Shown here piece by piece: positions 1-14,759 of a stretch of 64,000 bases of DNA. The position numbers were made by a program, and so were the translations under genes. The DNA comes from the human T2T-CHM13v2.0 reference genome, Homo sapiens: NCBI RefSeq assembly GCF_009914755.1, contig NC_060937.1; one strand, given 5' to 3'. Numbering within the stretch: the first letter of the stretch is position 1; each line of letters begins with the position of its first letter. Under the pieces are notes generated by a model that worked only from the letters and a program-made list of their open reading frames with translations, was not told the DNA's origin and did no database searches.

Positions 1-1585
1 CAATCTATATGCAGGAAGGGTGGAGCAGCTCAGGCTGTCAATCCAGGTAAGCAGGTACTTTGAAGGCCTGGAGATCTGCCTGGGCATAGAGAAGAGAGGA
101 CCCTACTTTACCACAATCTCTGCACAGGAAGCATGGAGTGGTCAGGCTGCTAATCCAGGTGGATGGATGCTTCAACTACCTAGAAATCTGCCTGGGTGTT
201 GAGTTGAGAGGGTCCCCACTATACTAAGATCTATGTTCAGGAAGGGTTGGTGGCTTATGCTGCTGACAGGTTGGTGGGTACTCTGAATGCCTGGTGTATT
301 TGCATTGCTATGAAGGAATACCTGAGGTGGAGTAATTTCTAAAGAAAAGAGGTTTATTTTGGCTCACAATTCTATAGGCTGTACAAGAAGCATAGTGCCA
401 GCATCTGCTCCCGGTGAGGGCTCAGGAAGCTTCCAATTATAATGGAAGGCAAACGGGGAGCTGGTGTATCACACAGTGAGAGAGGGAGTGAGGGAGAGGG
501 GTAGGAAGTGCCACACTCTTTTAAACAACCAGATCTTGCATGAACTCAGATTGAGAACTCACTCATTACTGCAAGGAGGGGGCCAAGTTACTCATGAGGG
601 CTCCACTCCCATGATCCAAACACCTTACACCAGGCCCCAGTCCAACACTGGAAATTATATTTTAACATGAGTTTTGGAGGGGACAAACATCTAAACCATA
701 TTACCTGGAGATCTGCCTAGGCGTGAAGCAGAAAAGGCCCCCCTGCACCAGGATCTCTGCAAAGGAAGGGTGAGGTGACTATGGCTGCTTGTCCAGGCAA
801 GTGGATACTCTCGGAACGCCTGGAGATCTGCCTGGGAATGGAGCGGAGAAGGCCCTGCTGCACGATGATCTAGGGGAGCAGGCTGAGGCACCCAACAACA
901 ATACACTCAGACCAGTTCCAGGTCACCAAGCCGGTCCTGGCTGCAAGTCTCATCACCCAGGAGAAACTGCAGCTGTAGCAGCTCTCTGGCTGCCCCAGGC
1001 CTATGACAGGGAAGAACACAATTCCAGTACCGACTGCTGAGGCACTTTCCACCATTCTGGCTATGGAGGCCCCTACCCTACTCCAGAGCAGATGTTCCTA
1101 TCTCTGGCCCAAGACTAAAATGCCTGTGTGGCTACACTGCCAGGTCACCAAAGAATGACTGATTTTGTATGTGCCTGGATTAAAAATAGCATGCTGCTCC
1201 TGGTCTTGAGTCTGAGAAAATACCTGCAGCTTTTCCTGGTGTCTGTCCCTCTCAGCATCTCCAAGCCACTTTCCAAGTTAGCTTCAGGGCTTCAGAGAAA
1301 GAAAGTGCTCCTCCCTCGCCCTGGGTCACTCACATCCCCAGTGGAGAGGTGAGTCACAGAAGGAGGCTTCCTGCCACTCTTAAACAGAGGGGCTTCATCG
1401 CTTTTATCAGCCAGGTGCCATCTTGGGGGCTATTTGCCTGCATTCTCATCCCCAGCATCTGGGATGTCATTCATGACTTGGGTGGATTCCCGTTTTTCTT
1501 CTTGAATTAAAGCTCAGAGAGTTGATCTTTATGCACTATTCTGCTATTTCCAAGTGGCTGAGGTGTGCTAAAAACTCTAGTGACG
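1..1585 (-). mobile_element. 5' UTR of an old L1 (L1M/L1PB-type) with tandem ~112-bp monomers, interrupted by an MST LTR
   Basis: Repeated core GAGATCTGCCT-like at 71, ~183, 708 and 823; reverse complement of ~1480-1585 resembles old L1 5' starts (…ctagag..tttagc..cctcagccacttggaaatagc). Subfamily uncertain. Confidence 0.6.
295..703 (-). mobile_element. MSTB-like MaLR solo LTR
   Basis: Typical MST sequence (cattgctatgaaggaatacctgag…aaaccatatta) with perfect 5-bp TSD CCTGG at 290-294 and 704-708. Confidence 0.9.
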
Positions 1586-2639
1586 TATTCTAATGACTTA
1601 TTTTTCTTTAAAGAATCAGTCAAACAGTAGTTGTCCCTAAACTGTCTACTCCTGTAAAATGTCTCTACCAAAAGTGAATGCTCCTTGGCCTGTAAGAGGA
1701 TGTTTTTCTCCTTGTGAGATTTCCATAGAATTTGGACACATGCTCATGACCAAATTGCCTGAATGTTCTTTTAACTAAGTAGAGATGACTGTTTTCCCAT
1801 GTGATATCTAATGAGTAGCAACAGAGTCACAGCATGAAGGTAGATTTGTCTGACTCCAAAATCTGGGCCTCTAAGTATTCTAATTGGCCTCTCACTTCAT
1901 TCCATTCTCATCCCACAAAGTTTGTGACTGACAATCCCACTTCTCCAATAAAACTGTTCTCTGTAAGTTCTATCAGTCAGGACACTGGGCACACCCTAAC
2001 TTTCCAATTTTGATCATGGTGATAGAAGCTTCAAATGGAGAGAAAACCTGGGTCCACAGCCCAACTCTTGTGTCTCTGTAGATTATTTTTTACCTGAGGG
2101 CTCGCCTTCACCTCCCTAACTATCCCTGCTGCCACCCACAGGCCTTAGATGGGAAATTGCCCCCTTTCATGTCCTGGGTTCAATGGCAACTGAGAGTCTT
2201 ATGCCCTTATCCCAGCTGAGAGCTGCCTTGACACTTACACCAGATTTTACTCAGGACTTGGGAGAAGAGAAACAGGGAGCAAGATGCAGGTGGATGACAT
2301 GCTGTGCAAGTTACAGGAACTCACAGTTTAAAGTCTTCAATAAATGGACTACAGAGTCAGGTCTCCTGCAGGCCCACGACAGAAATCATCTTAACCTGAC
2401 ACCCAGGAGGGTCCTCAGGTATGTCTAGACTCCTTAAATTCTAAAGCCCCAGAGGATGAAGCCAAAAGATTTTGGTTACCTGCCTAAGTATCATCTTAGG
2501 AATTTCCAATCACCTTCCATAGGAACACATTGTTCTATACCCCAGAAATACCAGCAAGTATCTTAAAACACATTTCTCTCCCATAGAAAAATGTCTAATC
2601 ATTGAATATCCATTCATTCATTCATTCAGGAAACCCACC

Positions 2640-2962
2640 TGTGCCCTCTCTCCTGCCTTTGATATTGCTGGTCTTCTTTCTGAAAGGCCCATCTTCCCCT
2701 CTACTTTCTCTGGATGACTCACTCTCATCCTTTATGTCTCAGCTTTAATATTCCTTCTCCAAGAAGCCTTCCCAGATACCCCTTAATGCCTTGCTCTTCA
2801 GCCACTATACATCTTATCCCTCTTTATTTTAATCACCTCTATTTTTGTCACCAGACTCATACATAAGCCCCATGAGTTGAAGAATTGGGCCTACTTCTTC
2901 AACACTGTATTTCCAGTTCTTGGCTTAAATAAAGTTTTAGGTACATATTTAATGAATAAATG
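2640..2962 (+). mobile_element. L2 3' fragment
   Basis: L2-like motifs (tctcagctttaatattccttctccaagaagccttccc) and a degenerate aatgaataaatg tail. Confidence 0.55.
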
Positions 2963-4773
2963 CATCATGTAGCATAATGCATTGCACATGGCTCTTGATA
3001 CATGTTGGTTGGATTAAACAAAGTGCTCAAATTCGGTTGTTTTCTCTTTGGCATTGTTGATGTCTGCGGGTAGAATGAGCTTCAAATACTCTATCACATA
3101 ACTGATTCAAGTTAGTTTCCTCTTTTTTGCCCTGGAAGGAGTTTGGATTATACTGATTTCCTTCCTCTAGTCTGCTTATGCACCATGTTTCTGTGAGATG
3201 ATTTAGTTGCATTAAATCAGGGTAGCCATTTAGCCAATGGGACGGTGGAGCATATAAGGCCCTACATATTATTTCTGACTCTGCTCACTACCTTCAGCAA
3301 CTCACTCAGTGGTCTTCTGTGTCTGTCCATGAATTAAGATGTTCAATGACCAGCGATTCTTAGAAATTCTCGGGTGCAACTGTTCCCCAATTCTCAATCA
3401 CATATAATATTCTCAATTCAATCATTATTGGTGTACCTGAGGAGAGAAACCCAACCTTATTAAAATGTCTCTTTGAGTGTTGTTGACTGTAAATTTAACA
3501 TCAGACCACCTGCACTCATCCGCACTTAGGTAAAAAGTACTCCTGCCAAGCCAAAGATCAATTCAAAGCAAACTCTTACTAATGGGAAATGTTGAAATTA
3601 TAAATTTCCCTGCATATGGCTCCAGTTATGATCAGCTTAGCTTTTGAAGTGAACTCCAACTTCCAGTAAGATAGCAGCTGGTGGCACTTCTTTTGGGTTC
3701 AGGAAGAAGTCGAATCAGACTATTTATCACCTTTTACAGAATGCTAGTAAGCCAGAGTGGGATGTGGGAAGGATCTGTGGATGACCTACTATAAGCAATT
3801 CTACTCTTCTCTATGTCTTTGATTAACCCTTACATTGAAAAAGAAATACATGAAGGTGATTTTCATCTCTTTATATTTGTTTCTTATATTTCTAATCTAC
3901 TAATATTAAAGGATATATTAAATGTGGTTTTAACAAAGCAAGAGATTCTTTACCTATAGGAATACATTCCAATTGGTTTCTTTTATGGGAAAATAAAACC
4001 AGAAACTTTGCATGGGAAAATAAAAGCATTATAGAGCAATTTCAGAATGATGAATCTGATGACAAGAACAGTTCTGGAGAAACACATACCAGGAAACCTC
4101 TGTGAGGGAAGACAGTCCTTGTCAACTTGGGAGTGCTTTAACATCACACTTGTAGCCTTGAAGGTATTGAGGCTATGTGTAGCTCACTCTGACAAACTGA
4201 TCAGAGTGAGCGATGGATATGTCTTTGCCCATATTCTAAGCAGGTAGTGGCTTTTGTCATTAAAAGAAATTTTATATCCTCCTCCCATGAACTCAGTGCA
4301 GGATGCTGATCCCAGAGATAGTGCAGCTGGCAGAGAGAACATAGGCAAGACCTCAGCTCACATTAAAGAGAAACTTGCAAAATCAAGGAAAGAATCAAAT
4401 ATTATCCCTTTGACTAATATGTAAAAAAGCATCAGCACTTTGCAGAGTGTAGAGAAAGGAAGCAAAGACTCCATAATGACTATATTCAGTGTGGACTGTG
4501 TTTTGCATAGGCTATGACTGAAGATCATCTAGAGATAGTCACAGTGTTTTAAAAGTCCCATCCTCGTGCAGAATGGCATGAGACAAGATGTCATGGGACT
4601 CATGGAAGAGAATCAGTGGAACTTGAATGATGCAACAGGAAAAGAGATCCAAGCTATACCAGAATAAAGACTGTTTCTCAAAACACACTGATTAAGGGGT
4701 CTGCCTAGATTCTTTGCAAGAACTGAAATTTTATATAAGAATCCCACTACATATAACTTTCAAAGATGTATGC

Positions 4774-5076
4774 TTTTTTGTTTGTTTGTTTTTTGACATG
4801 GAGTCTCACTCTGTTGCCCAGGCTGGAGTGCAGTGGCGCGATCTCCACCCACCGCAAGCTCCACCTCCCGCGTTTGCACCATTCTCCTGCCTCAGCCTCC
4901 TGAGGAGCTGGGACTACAGGCACCTGCCACCACGCCTGGCTAATTTCTTTGTATCTTTAGTAGAGACAGGGTTTCACCATGTTCGCCAGGATGGTCTTGA
5001 TCTCCTGACCTCGTGATCCACCCGCCTTGGCCTCCCAAAGTGCTGGGATTACAGGTGTGAGCCACCGCACCCGGCC
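4774..5076 (-). mobile_element. Alu (AluY/Sc-like)
   Basis: Full dimeric Alu in reverse; flanked by duplicated aagatgtatg(c/t)tttt. Confidence 0.95.
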
Positions 5077-5136
5077 TTGAAGATGTATGTTTTTAAATGT
5101 ATGTGTGAGTGTATACCCATATACATGAATATATGA

Positions 5137-5138
<2 letters not shown>

Positions 5139-5172
<34 letters not shown>
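5139..5172. repeat. (AC)17 microsatellite
   Basis: Direct reading. Confidence 0.95.
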
Positions 5173-5174
<2 letters not shown>

Positions 5175-5185
5175 ATGTACATATG

Positions 5186-5592
5186 TGTGTCAGGTCATTC
5201 TTGCATTGCTATAAAGAAATACCTGAGGCTGGGTAATTTATAAAGAAAAGAGGTTTAATTGGCTCACAGTTCTGCAGGCTTTACAGGAAGCATGGTGCTG
5301 ACATCTGCTTGGGTTCTGGGGAGGCCTCAGGAAGCTTACAATCATGGTGGAAGGTAAAGGGGGAGCAGGCACATCACATTGCCAGAGCAGAAGCCAGAGA
5401 GAGAGCGGAAGGGGGAGGTGCCACTAACTTAACCAGATCTCGCAAGAGCTCACTCACTATCACAAGGACAGCACCAAGCCATGAGGGATCTGCCTCCATG
5501 ACCTAAACACCTCCCACCAGGCCCCACCTCCAACACTGAGGATTACATTTCAACATGAGATTTGGGCCAAGACAAATATCCAAACTGTATCA
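5186..5592 (-). mobile_element. MSTA-like MaLR solo LTR
   Basis: cattcttgcattgctataaagaaatacctgag…caaactgtatca; near-TSD atatg/atata. Confidence 0.9.
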
Positions 5593-5979
5593 ATATATCA
5601 ACATATGTGTGTATGCATTGCCTTGTTAAATATAAAGTAATTCTCATTTCAACTGTTCTAAAATTACTCTGATATATTTATGAAGTATTGAGTTATAAAA
5701 TCTCTCAGTGTGTTATATACAGGCTTTGAGCAGGGTGGCTCCTATCTGCTTCTTACACTCAGGATTTTAGAACCCAGAGTGGGTTAAAGAGATAAGTAGC
5801 CTCCCTTTCATAGTCCTATAAGGATAGAGTTTTATTTTATTTGGATTGACAGCATATTTCATGTGTAGTGTGCACTGTGTATGAATTTTTTTACTTTAAA
5901 TCTATGTCAACTAAGATTCAGAAGCTGTTTGCCTTCCTTCCAAAAAGAAATATTCTGAAGCCCTTAACCTTTTCACCCC

Positions 5980-6285
5980 AGCAGTGTGTTGAATTGTGTC
6001 CCTCCAAAAGATACATCTGTGAAAGTCCTAAGCCCTGGTACCTAGGGTAACCTCATTTGGAAATAGGGTTTTTACATTTGGAATCAATTTAAGGTGAGGC
6101 CATAATGGATTAGGGTGGTCCCTAAACCCAAAGACAGAGAGTCCCCGCCACCAAGAAGACTCTTACCAGGTGTGTCCCCACTTGACCTTGGGCTTCCCAG
6201 CCTCCATAACTGTAAGAAATAGTTTTTCTTTTAAATTAACCATTTTAGGTACACTGTTATTTGCAACAGAAAATAAACTAAAACA
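5980..6285 (+). mobile_element. MLT1 (A/B/C-type) MaLR LTR, internally deleted
   Basis: ttgaattgtgtccctccaaaagatac…cagcctccataactgtaagaaata…actaaaaca. Confidence 0.75.
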
Positions 6286-6530
6286 TGCTTTTTCATGTTG
6301 AAGTACTGTGTGTAGGGTAATATCTGTGTCATGACCTTCAGCGACTGTCTTATGCCCTTCAAGGTGCTCCCATGGACAAAGTCATTGTCTTGGACAAAAA
6401 TAGAAACAAGACAAAACAATATGTCTTATATCTGAGTAGAAAATATAACACGGGTATACAGAAAAGGTTTATTCTCCATTGGCACTAGAACTTTGTCCTC
6501 TGTGGTGCAAGGAAAAACTGGGAGGAATAT

Positions 6531-6682
6531 AGAGCTGTGCTTTCCAATGGAACATTCTGCATTTATAGTCTGCACCACACAGTACAAGACCCATGAGTCA
6601 CATGCAGCTACTGAGCACTTGAAATGAGGTTAGAGTGATTTACAAACTGAGCTTTGAATTTAATAATTTAAACTTAAATTAG
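6531..6682. mobile_element. MER3-like hAT-Charlie DNA transposon fragment
   Basis: gctgtgctttccaat…cacatgcagctactgagcacttgaaatg. Confidence 0.65.
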
Positions 6683-8771
6683 ACTATGAAGACCCAGAAT
6701 CTAAACAACATGGTAAGAAGAGACTAGAAGTAGGAAAAACAAATAGAGAACTTAAAATGAAAAAAGCACAAAAATCTATTTAAGTCAAACCCAGTAAAAA
6801 CTAACAGAAAATAATTGTTTAGGTGGACTAACCAATAAAGTTATACAGATAATTCTTTCGATGATCATGTTTATCTAATATAAAGTACCTAGAAGAAGAA
6901 TAATTGTGCTAAATTAGTAATAAATGTTAAAAAGAATTTCTGGAATAATTAATCAAATCGGCCAAAACAGATACTCTTGTACATCCAATGGCCACAGTCT
7001 TACTGGACTAGATAGATAGAAATCATCATTCTTATGCACAAAAAAATAGACAATTTAATAAAGTGAGGGTATAAGATGAAAATTCAGTAGAAGAAAAAGA
7101 AATGAAAAGCTCCAAGAAAGACTAAAAGAATCATTCACTTTTTAATAGCAATAGCAAAAAAGGGACAGGAAAGAAGAAAGAGAAAAGAAGGAAGAAGTTG
7201 GAGGAGGGAGGTTGGAAAGGAGAAAAGGATGAAAGAAGAGAGAGAAAGAGAAGCAAAAGAAGCAAACTCTCATCCATAAATTCAAAAGCTGTTGGCATTT
7301 GGAGGAAACATTTGGGAAGTTCCTAAAAGTTGAAGCGGTGTTACTACTTTTGAAAAGAAAACCCCAAGACAGATGGCATGAGGAAATGTCATATGGAGAC
7401 ATCTGAATAGAAAGATGCCAGTTCTTACAGACCAGCTAGAATCTGGAAGTCCTCATCATCTGATATACTTCACAACCAGATTTAGGATCCAGTTGAGAAA
7501 CTCACGATGGCATACAGGTCACTTGCAATGCTCCCTGAGCTCTCCATCAAAATCAGGAATCCACTTCTGTGAAAACTTGGAGATAATAAATCATTGAATC
7601 TGGCCAAATGTATTCTACTAACATTGCTAAAAGAATTATACTGACATCTGTTTTGTTGGGAGTTTGTAATACTGCCTGTGTCTATAGCAGAAAGGAAATG
7701 AAATCAGTAAGATCCCTCAATAGGGGGGTAGTGAAAATACCCCATATTTTGGAAAGATCTTTGGAAAGATCTTTGGAAGATCAAAAATCTTTGGAAGACC
7801 AAAGATTGCAGGAAACCTGTAACAAATCTAGTCCCTCTTGTGTATTGAGAAATGATTTTAAGTTGTGTCAAATTTTATTGCATTTTTTAAAAACTTGGAA
7901 TCAATGACATGGATGACCAGTTAATCAAGGCTGCCCACTTGGATGCCTTTTTTCATGTCTCTGCAAATTCAGAGAATTCATCGAACATTCACTAAGCATC
8001 TAGAGCCAGGAATGGTGTGGATACTTATTAAATTATTGCTGAATAAAATAGTAAACCACACTTACTTAGAAGCTGGTCTTGCAGATATTACAGAAACACT
8101 TGTCAATCATAAAACAAGATGCATGTGTTCTTATAACCTGCTGACCGGTTTATCAAAGTTCTCCTCAGAGTCTTCCTTAGGTAACTGCCATCTATTCAGC
8201 TGGTTTCCCTAGCAACAGCTGACATCCTGAGAAAGGCAGCTGTGGCTCTGCCTTAGCTCCATCCATTGCTCACTCTAGTGGGTTTCTGTAATTTTCCATA
8301 GCAGCAGCACCTATGTTCATGTTGTATTATCTTCTTATTGTTCTTGTGAATTTTAAAAAAATAAGGGTGGGTTATATACACAGTTCGACTCATTTCCAAT
8401 AAAAACAATTAAAATGATGGATAAAATGAAAACAAACAAAAAACTCACCATCATAAATATGTCCCCAAGCTGGCAAGAAAGTAAGGAATCCTCAGATTAA
8501 AAACTGAATCAAGACAGGCACCCAGAAACAAAAACAGAGACAACCTTTGCATTGAGGATATTTGCCATGAATTTGACCCTAGGTGTTCAAGGTCTTGCAG
8601 GGTATGGAAAAACAGAGACAAAGACTAGGGCCCAACCAGGTTGTGATTTAATAGAAACCCCACCCCCACATATAAACCCTGGACACCAAAGCCTATACCC
8701 TACAAGTAAACATGCTCTCTGCCCCTCTCCCCAGGGGACAGTGAGGACACATACTATCTGGAGTCACTGAC

Positions 8772-9129
8772 TGTATTAGTCTGTTTTCACGCTGCTGATA
8801 AAGACATACCTGAGATTGGGTAATTTAAAAGAAAAAGAGGTTTAATGGACTCACATTTCCATGTCGCTGGGGAGGCCTTGCCATCATGGTGGAAGGCAAA
8901 AGCCATGTCTTACATGGCAGTAGACAAGAGAATGAGAACCAAGCAAAAAGGGAAACCCCTTATAAAACCATCAGATCTCATGAGATTTAGTTACTACCAA
9001 GTGAACTGTATGGGGGAAACTGCCCCCATGATTCAGTGATCTCCCACCAGGTCCCTCCTATAACATGTGGGAATTATGGGAGCTACAATTCAAGATGAGA
9101 TTTGTCAAGATGAGATATAAACCATATCA
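8772..9129 (-). mobile_element. THE1B-like MaLR solo LTR
   Basis: tgtattagtctgttttcacgctgctgataaagacatacc…aaaccatatca; near-TSD ctgac/ctgag. Confidence 0.92.
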
Positions 9130-9597
9130 CTGAGTATACAGGGAAAGTCTCCTCTGGGAATTTGCAACTGTACACTGGCCCTCACATGATTTGTAACCCA
9201 AATTCATACAATCTATGTTGTCTAAAAAACATACCGTCAAAAATGTAGTTTAAAGTGATCCCAGGCTGGTAGTAGTACTGCTTGCCTAGCAGAACCAAGT
9301 GCAGTTCTTTTCTGGAAGAACTACCTTGCTTCTAAAAACAGAAGGTAAGATATGGCCTAAGACAGAATAGTGAATTTAAAGATAAACCTGAAGAAACCAC
9401 AAGAATAAAGCATAGAGAGAAAATAAGATGAGAAATAGGAGAGTTTGAGAACCATGGAGGAGAGAATGAAAAGGACTAACACAGGTCTGATGTGAGAATG
9501 ACAGGGAGAAAGAAAGAATCAGGTAGAAACAATATTCGAAGAGAGAACAGCTGAGAGGTTTTTAGAAAGCCATCTACAGATTGAGAAAACCCAGCTA

Positions 9598-10033
<436 letters not shown>

Positions 10034-10744
10034 TTAATTTGATAGCTTGCCTCTTAATGGCAACAATGGGGGCCAGAAAATGGCAGATCTGTACTGAGAG
10101 GAATAAAAACACTGATGGAGAAGTTGAATCCCAGGTTCCACATCTCTCAAATATAAGGGCTAAGTAGACATTTTTAAACAACCCAAAACTCAGAGAGTTT
10201 GCAACATTTAAACACCCAGTAAGGAAAATTCTAAAGGATATTTTTTTCAGGCAGAAGAAAATGATCCCAGATGGAAAGTCTGATGTAAACAAAGGATTAA
10301 AGAACAAAGAATATGGCAAATGTGGGTAAACCAAAGCTAATATTGATGGAATGAAACATAATTAAAATATCTTGTGGAGTTAAAAAAGCATGATAAGACT
10401 AAAATACTTGGCAATAGCATACAGATGGGAAGAGAATAATATTGAGTTTCTTGTGTTTGGTGGGAGAAGGATAAAAATACTGCTTTCCTTTAGAATACAG
10501 TGTATACAACTTTCAAAATAGAAGAGGAAAAACAATGAGAAAATAATAATCAGTCCAAAAGAAGGTGAGAAGAGAGAAGAAATGAAGTATAGAATAAGAG
10601 AGAACAAACAAAAGGACAAGATAACCAGGTACAAATAAATCTAATTTATAAATTTAGTAATTATGACAAATATAAATGGACTTAAATCTTTAGGTACAAG
10701 GCTGTGTTTACAAAATGTAGTTATATGCTTTTTATCAGAGATAA

Positions 10745-11792
<1,048 letters not shown>

Positions 11793-12080
11793 AAATACTT
11801 AAGTCTTTAAAATGGAATGGAGAAAAGATATCCCAGATAAATGTTAATTGAAAGAAAGCTAGTGTAATTATATTAATACCAGCCCAAATAGACTTAGTAT
11901 TTAAGCATTGATTGGATTTTAATATACAATGTGTATTTTCTTTTTCTCCCAGTGAAAGGTCAACAGAAAGCTTCCCACCAAGGCATGTGCTACGTATCAT
12001 TTTCTTCATTCTTTGGCAACATCAGATAGTGTTATTCCTTTAAAAAGTTCTAATCGCTCACTCTCTCAGAAATTAAATTC

Positions 12081-12414
12081 TTTCTTTCTGTGTTTTTTCT
12101 TGTGTTGTTATTGCTATTTGTTTGACACAGAAGCTCAATCTGTTGCCCAGCCTGGAGGGCAGTGCTGCAATCACAGCTCACTGCAGCCTCAACTTCCTGG
12201 GCTCAAGTGATCCTCCCACCTCAGTCTCCCGAGGGGCTGGGACTGCTGGCATACCCCCGACGCCCAGCTAATTTTTTTGCTTTTAACTTTGTAGAGACAG
12301 GGTCTTGCTGTGTTGTCCAGGCTGGTCTCAAACTCCTGGATTCAAATGATTCTCCTGCTTCCCAAAACACTCCCAAAGTGCTAGGATTACAGGTGTGAGC
12401 TACCACACCCAGCC
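12081..12414 (-). mobile_element. AluJ
   Basis: Diverged dimer with J-type sequence (cactgcagcctcaacttcctgggctcaagtgatcctccc); flanks ttaaatt(c/g)tt. Confidence 0.9.
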
Positions 12415-13354
12415 TTAAATTGTTCAAAAAAATTTTTTTTAGCATTTATGCTGGAGAAAAGTATTTTATGGTGAAAAAGAGTTGTCCTACCTCCTCCAAA
12501 TGTTGCTTAAATCTATAATCACTTGGCCTTGTAACATCTCTGTCATCTGTTTATCCCGTTTCCATGAAAACATGCCTGATTTATTTTAATGGTGTCATTG
12601 ATGCCTTTCTTTTAATTTCTCAAGTTTTCACTGAGGTTCCATGGGCTTCTCCTTACATTGAGTCCCTCTTGTTTGGATCATGGCATTCACTCAGGGTCCA
12701 ACTCTCTCATTAGGTTCCAACGCATTTTTAGGTGAAATCAATGAAGTTTTTTTGAATCAAATCGTTTCATGGTATTTTAAGTAACAATCCTGACTTCAAT
12801 TAAACCTTTAATGTCTTGAGCACATACCACTCACCTTAAATCTTGGTTCTTTTAAGCTAGCTGAGTTTGACCTTGTATTTCACATTAAGCCCATCTCATT
12901 TCTCAGTTGCAGCTTGGATTAATCTCTTTGAACTTCTTACTTCATTTGTTTTAGTCTGATTTTTAAGAGGTCAAGTATATTTAACTGTTTGATCATATAA
13001 CAGATTTCCCCTGTCTGGATTTTTATACTGTGTATGGCATGTGGTTGGTGGCTCTATTCCAAGCTTTTCCCAAAGGTGTAATATGCACACAGCCAACTGC
13101 TTTGTTGCTGCTATCATTATTACCAACTCAGGTTTATTAAGCACTCCCTGCCTATGTCAATATGGTGCTTATGAATCAAAGAGAATCTTGGTTCTTGGTC
13201 ATCGACAGTTGCCTGCACTGATTCAAAGGACAGAAAATAATCATGTCAGCCACAGCAAACAACCGGACCTAGGAGGGAGCCTTTCTCTTCCTCCTGGTGT
13301 TCCTAAACTCTGAAGAAACAGCATGAGTTTTACCTTCAAAGGCTTTGGATTGAT

Positions 13355-13510
13355 TTTTGTACAGCTCATGAACCAGCTAAGTGAGCTTGGGAAAATCATT
13401 TAACTTCTTTGAGCCTCCGTTTTCTCTTCTGTAATACTGGAATTATGATGAGACCTGCTTTTGTGAAGACTAAATATAACAGTGCATGGAAAGCTCTTTG
13501 CACACTGTAA
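13355..13510 (+). mobile_element. MIR
   Basis: MIR core cttgggaaaatcatttaacttctttgagcctccgttttctcttctgtaa. Confidence 0.75.
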
Positions 13511-14125
13511 TCTGACTAATTAAATGGCATCTGACTAATTGAATAATCCTGATTCTCCTTAAAACCAAAACTTCTCCCAAATTAAGACCCTCATATAGGG
13601 CTTCTGGGGACCAATCTCTCTGACTCTTTCAATCACGTAATAATTAGATTTGGGCTGTTAAAAGATAAACTTTGGCACAATTATTTTTGGAAATATGGGC
13701 TAATAACAATGACGTATCAGCTGAATCTAGGACTTTTTCAGGTGAGCTCAGTGTCCCTAGAGTCTATAAAAGGCTTCGTCAAGTTGTTTTCTGTGACTCT
13801 AGCCTGGTAACTCATATCAACATAAATACAACTTTGCGTGTGGTTGATTCATATCTTCTCAAATGCCTAGAAATATTTGAGCATGAGAGAGTATGTAAAT
13901 ATCAGTTCCAAGAGGGACAGGCTACTGCATCTCTGACTGCCTGCCATGGAAGACACCTAGCAGATAGAGAACACACAGCACGCCATGGGATTGGAGTCCC
14001 CACCAGGCCAAAATGGAGTTTGCAGGGAAGCAGCTTCAATTTTCTTCAAGTAACTCAGTTATCTTCGAGTAGGACGTAAATTATTTTCTAAAAAAGCATA
14101 GATGGGTTGATTGGCTTCTGCTTTT

Positions 14126-14424
14126 CTGTTGTTTTTGTTTTTTTGAGATGGAGTCTCACTCTTGCTCAGGCTAGAGTGTAGTGGCATGATCTCAGCTCAC
14201 TGCAACCTCCACCTCCTGGTTTCAAGCAATTCTCATGCCTCAGCCTCCCCAGCAGCTGAGATTGTAGGCATGTGCCACCACGCCTAGCTGATTTTTGTAT
14301 TTTTAGTAGAGACAGGTTTTCACCATGTTGCCTAGGTTGGTCTCGAACTCCTGGCCTCAAGTGATCTGCCTACCTCGGCCTCCCAAAGTGCTGGAATTAC
14401 AGGCATGAGTCACTGCACCCAACC
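14126..14424 (-). mobile_element. AluS (Sx/Sz-like)
   Basis: Full reverse dimer; cttctgctttt on both flanks (14115-14125, 14428-14438). Confidence 0.95.
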
Positions 14425-14466
14425 AGACTTCTGCTTTTGTGGATGAAAATTTTTTTAAAAAATTTT

Positions 14467-14759
14467 GGCCGGGTGCGGTGGTTTACGCCTGTAATCCCAG
14501 CACTTTGGGAGGCCGAGGCAGGTGGATCACGAGGTCAGGAGATCGAAACCATCCTGGCTAACACGGTGAAACCCCATCTCTACTAAAAATACAAAAAATT
14601 AGCTGGGCGTGGTGGTGGGCGCCTATAGTCCCAGCTACTCAGGAGGCTGAGGCAGGAGAATGGCGTGAACCTGGGAGGCGGAGTTTGCAGTGAGCTGAGA
14701 TTGTGCCACTGCACTCTGGCCTAGGTGACAGAGTGAGACTCCATCTCAAAAAAAAAAAA
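14467..14759 (+). mobile_element. AluY
   Basis: Y-type positions (gagatcga.accatcctggctaacacgg, gaatggcgtgaacc); aaaaaatttt on both flanks. Confidence 0.93.

Noticed and set aside
4288-4425. 45-aa ATG ORF (MNSVQDADPRD…) and nearby acceptor plus AATAAA (~4510-4667)
   Set aside because: No recognisable homology; too short to separate from chance.
4714-5172. Alu-derived ORFs (also near 9677, 12162, 16881, 19791, 38624, 51033, 59013)
   Set aside because: Standard Alu translation artefacts.
7748-7800. Short tandem ttggaa(a)gatct repeats; similar micro-duplications at ~13511-13540 and ~27633-27669
   Set aside because: Ordinary slippage duplications with no further structure.
12480-13040. Unassigned T-rich block with a minus-strand AAG|GTGAGT donor (~12830)
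   Set aside because: No open frame or acceptor found; could be decayed repeat, so no call is supportable.
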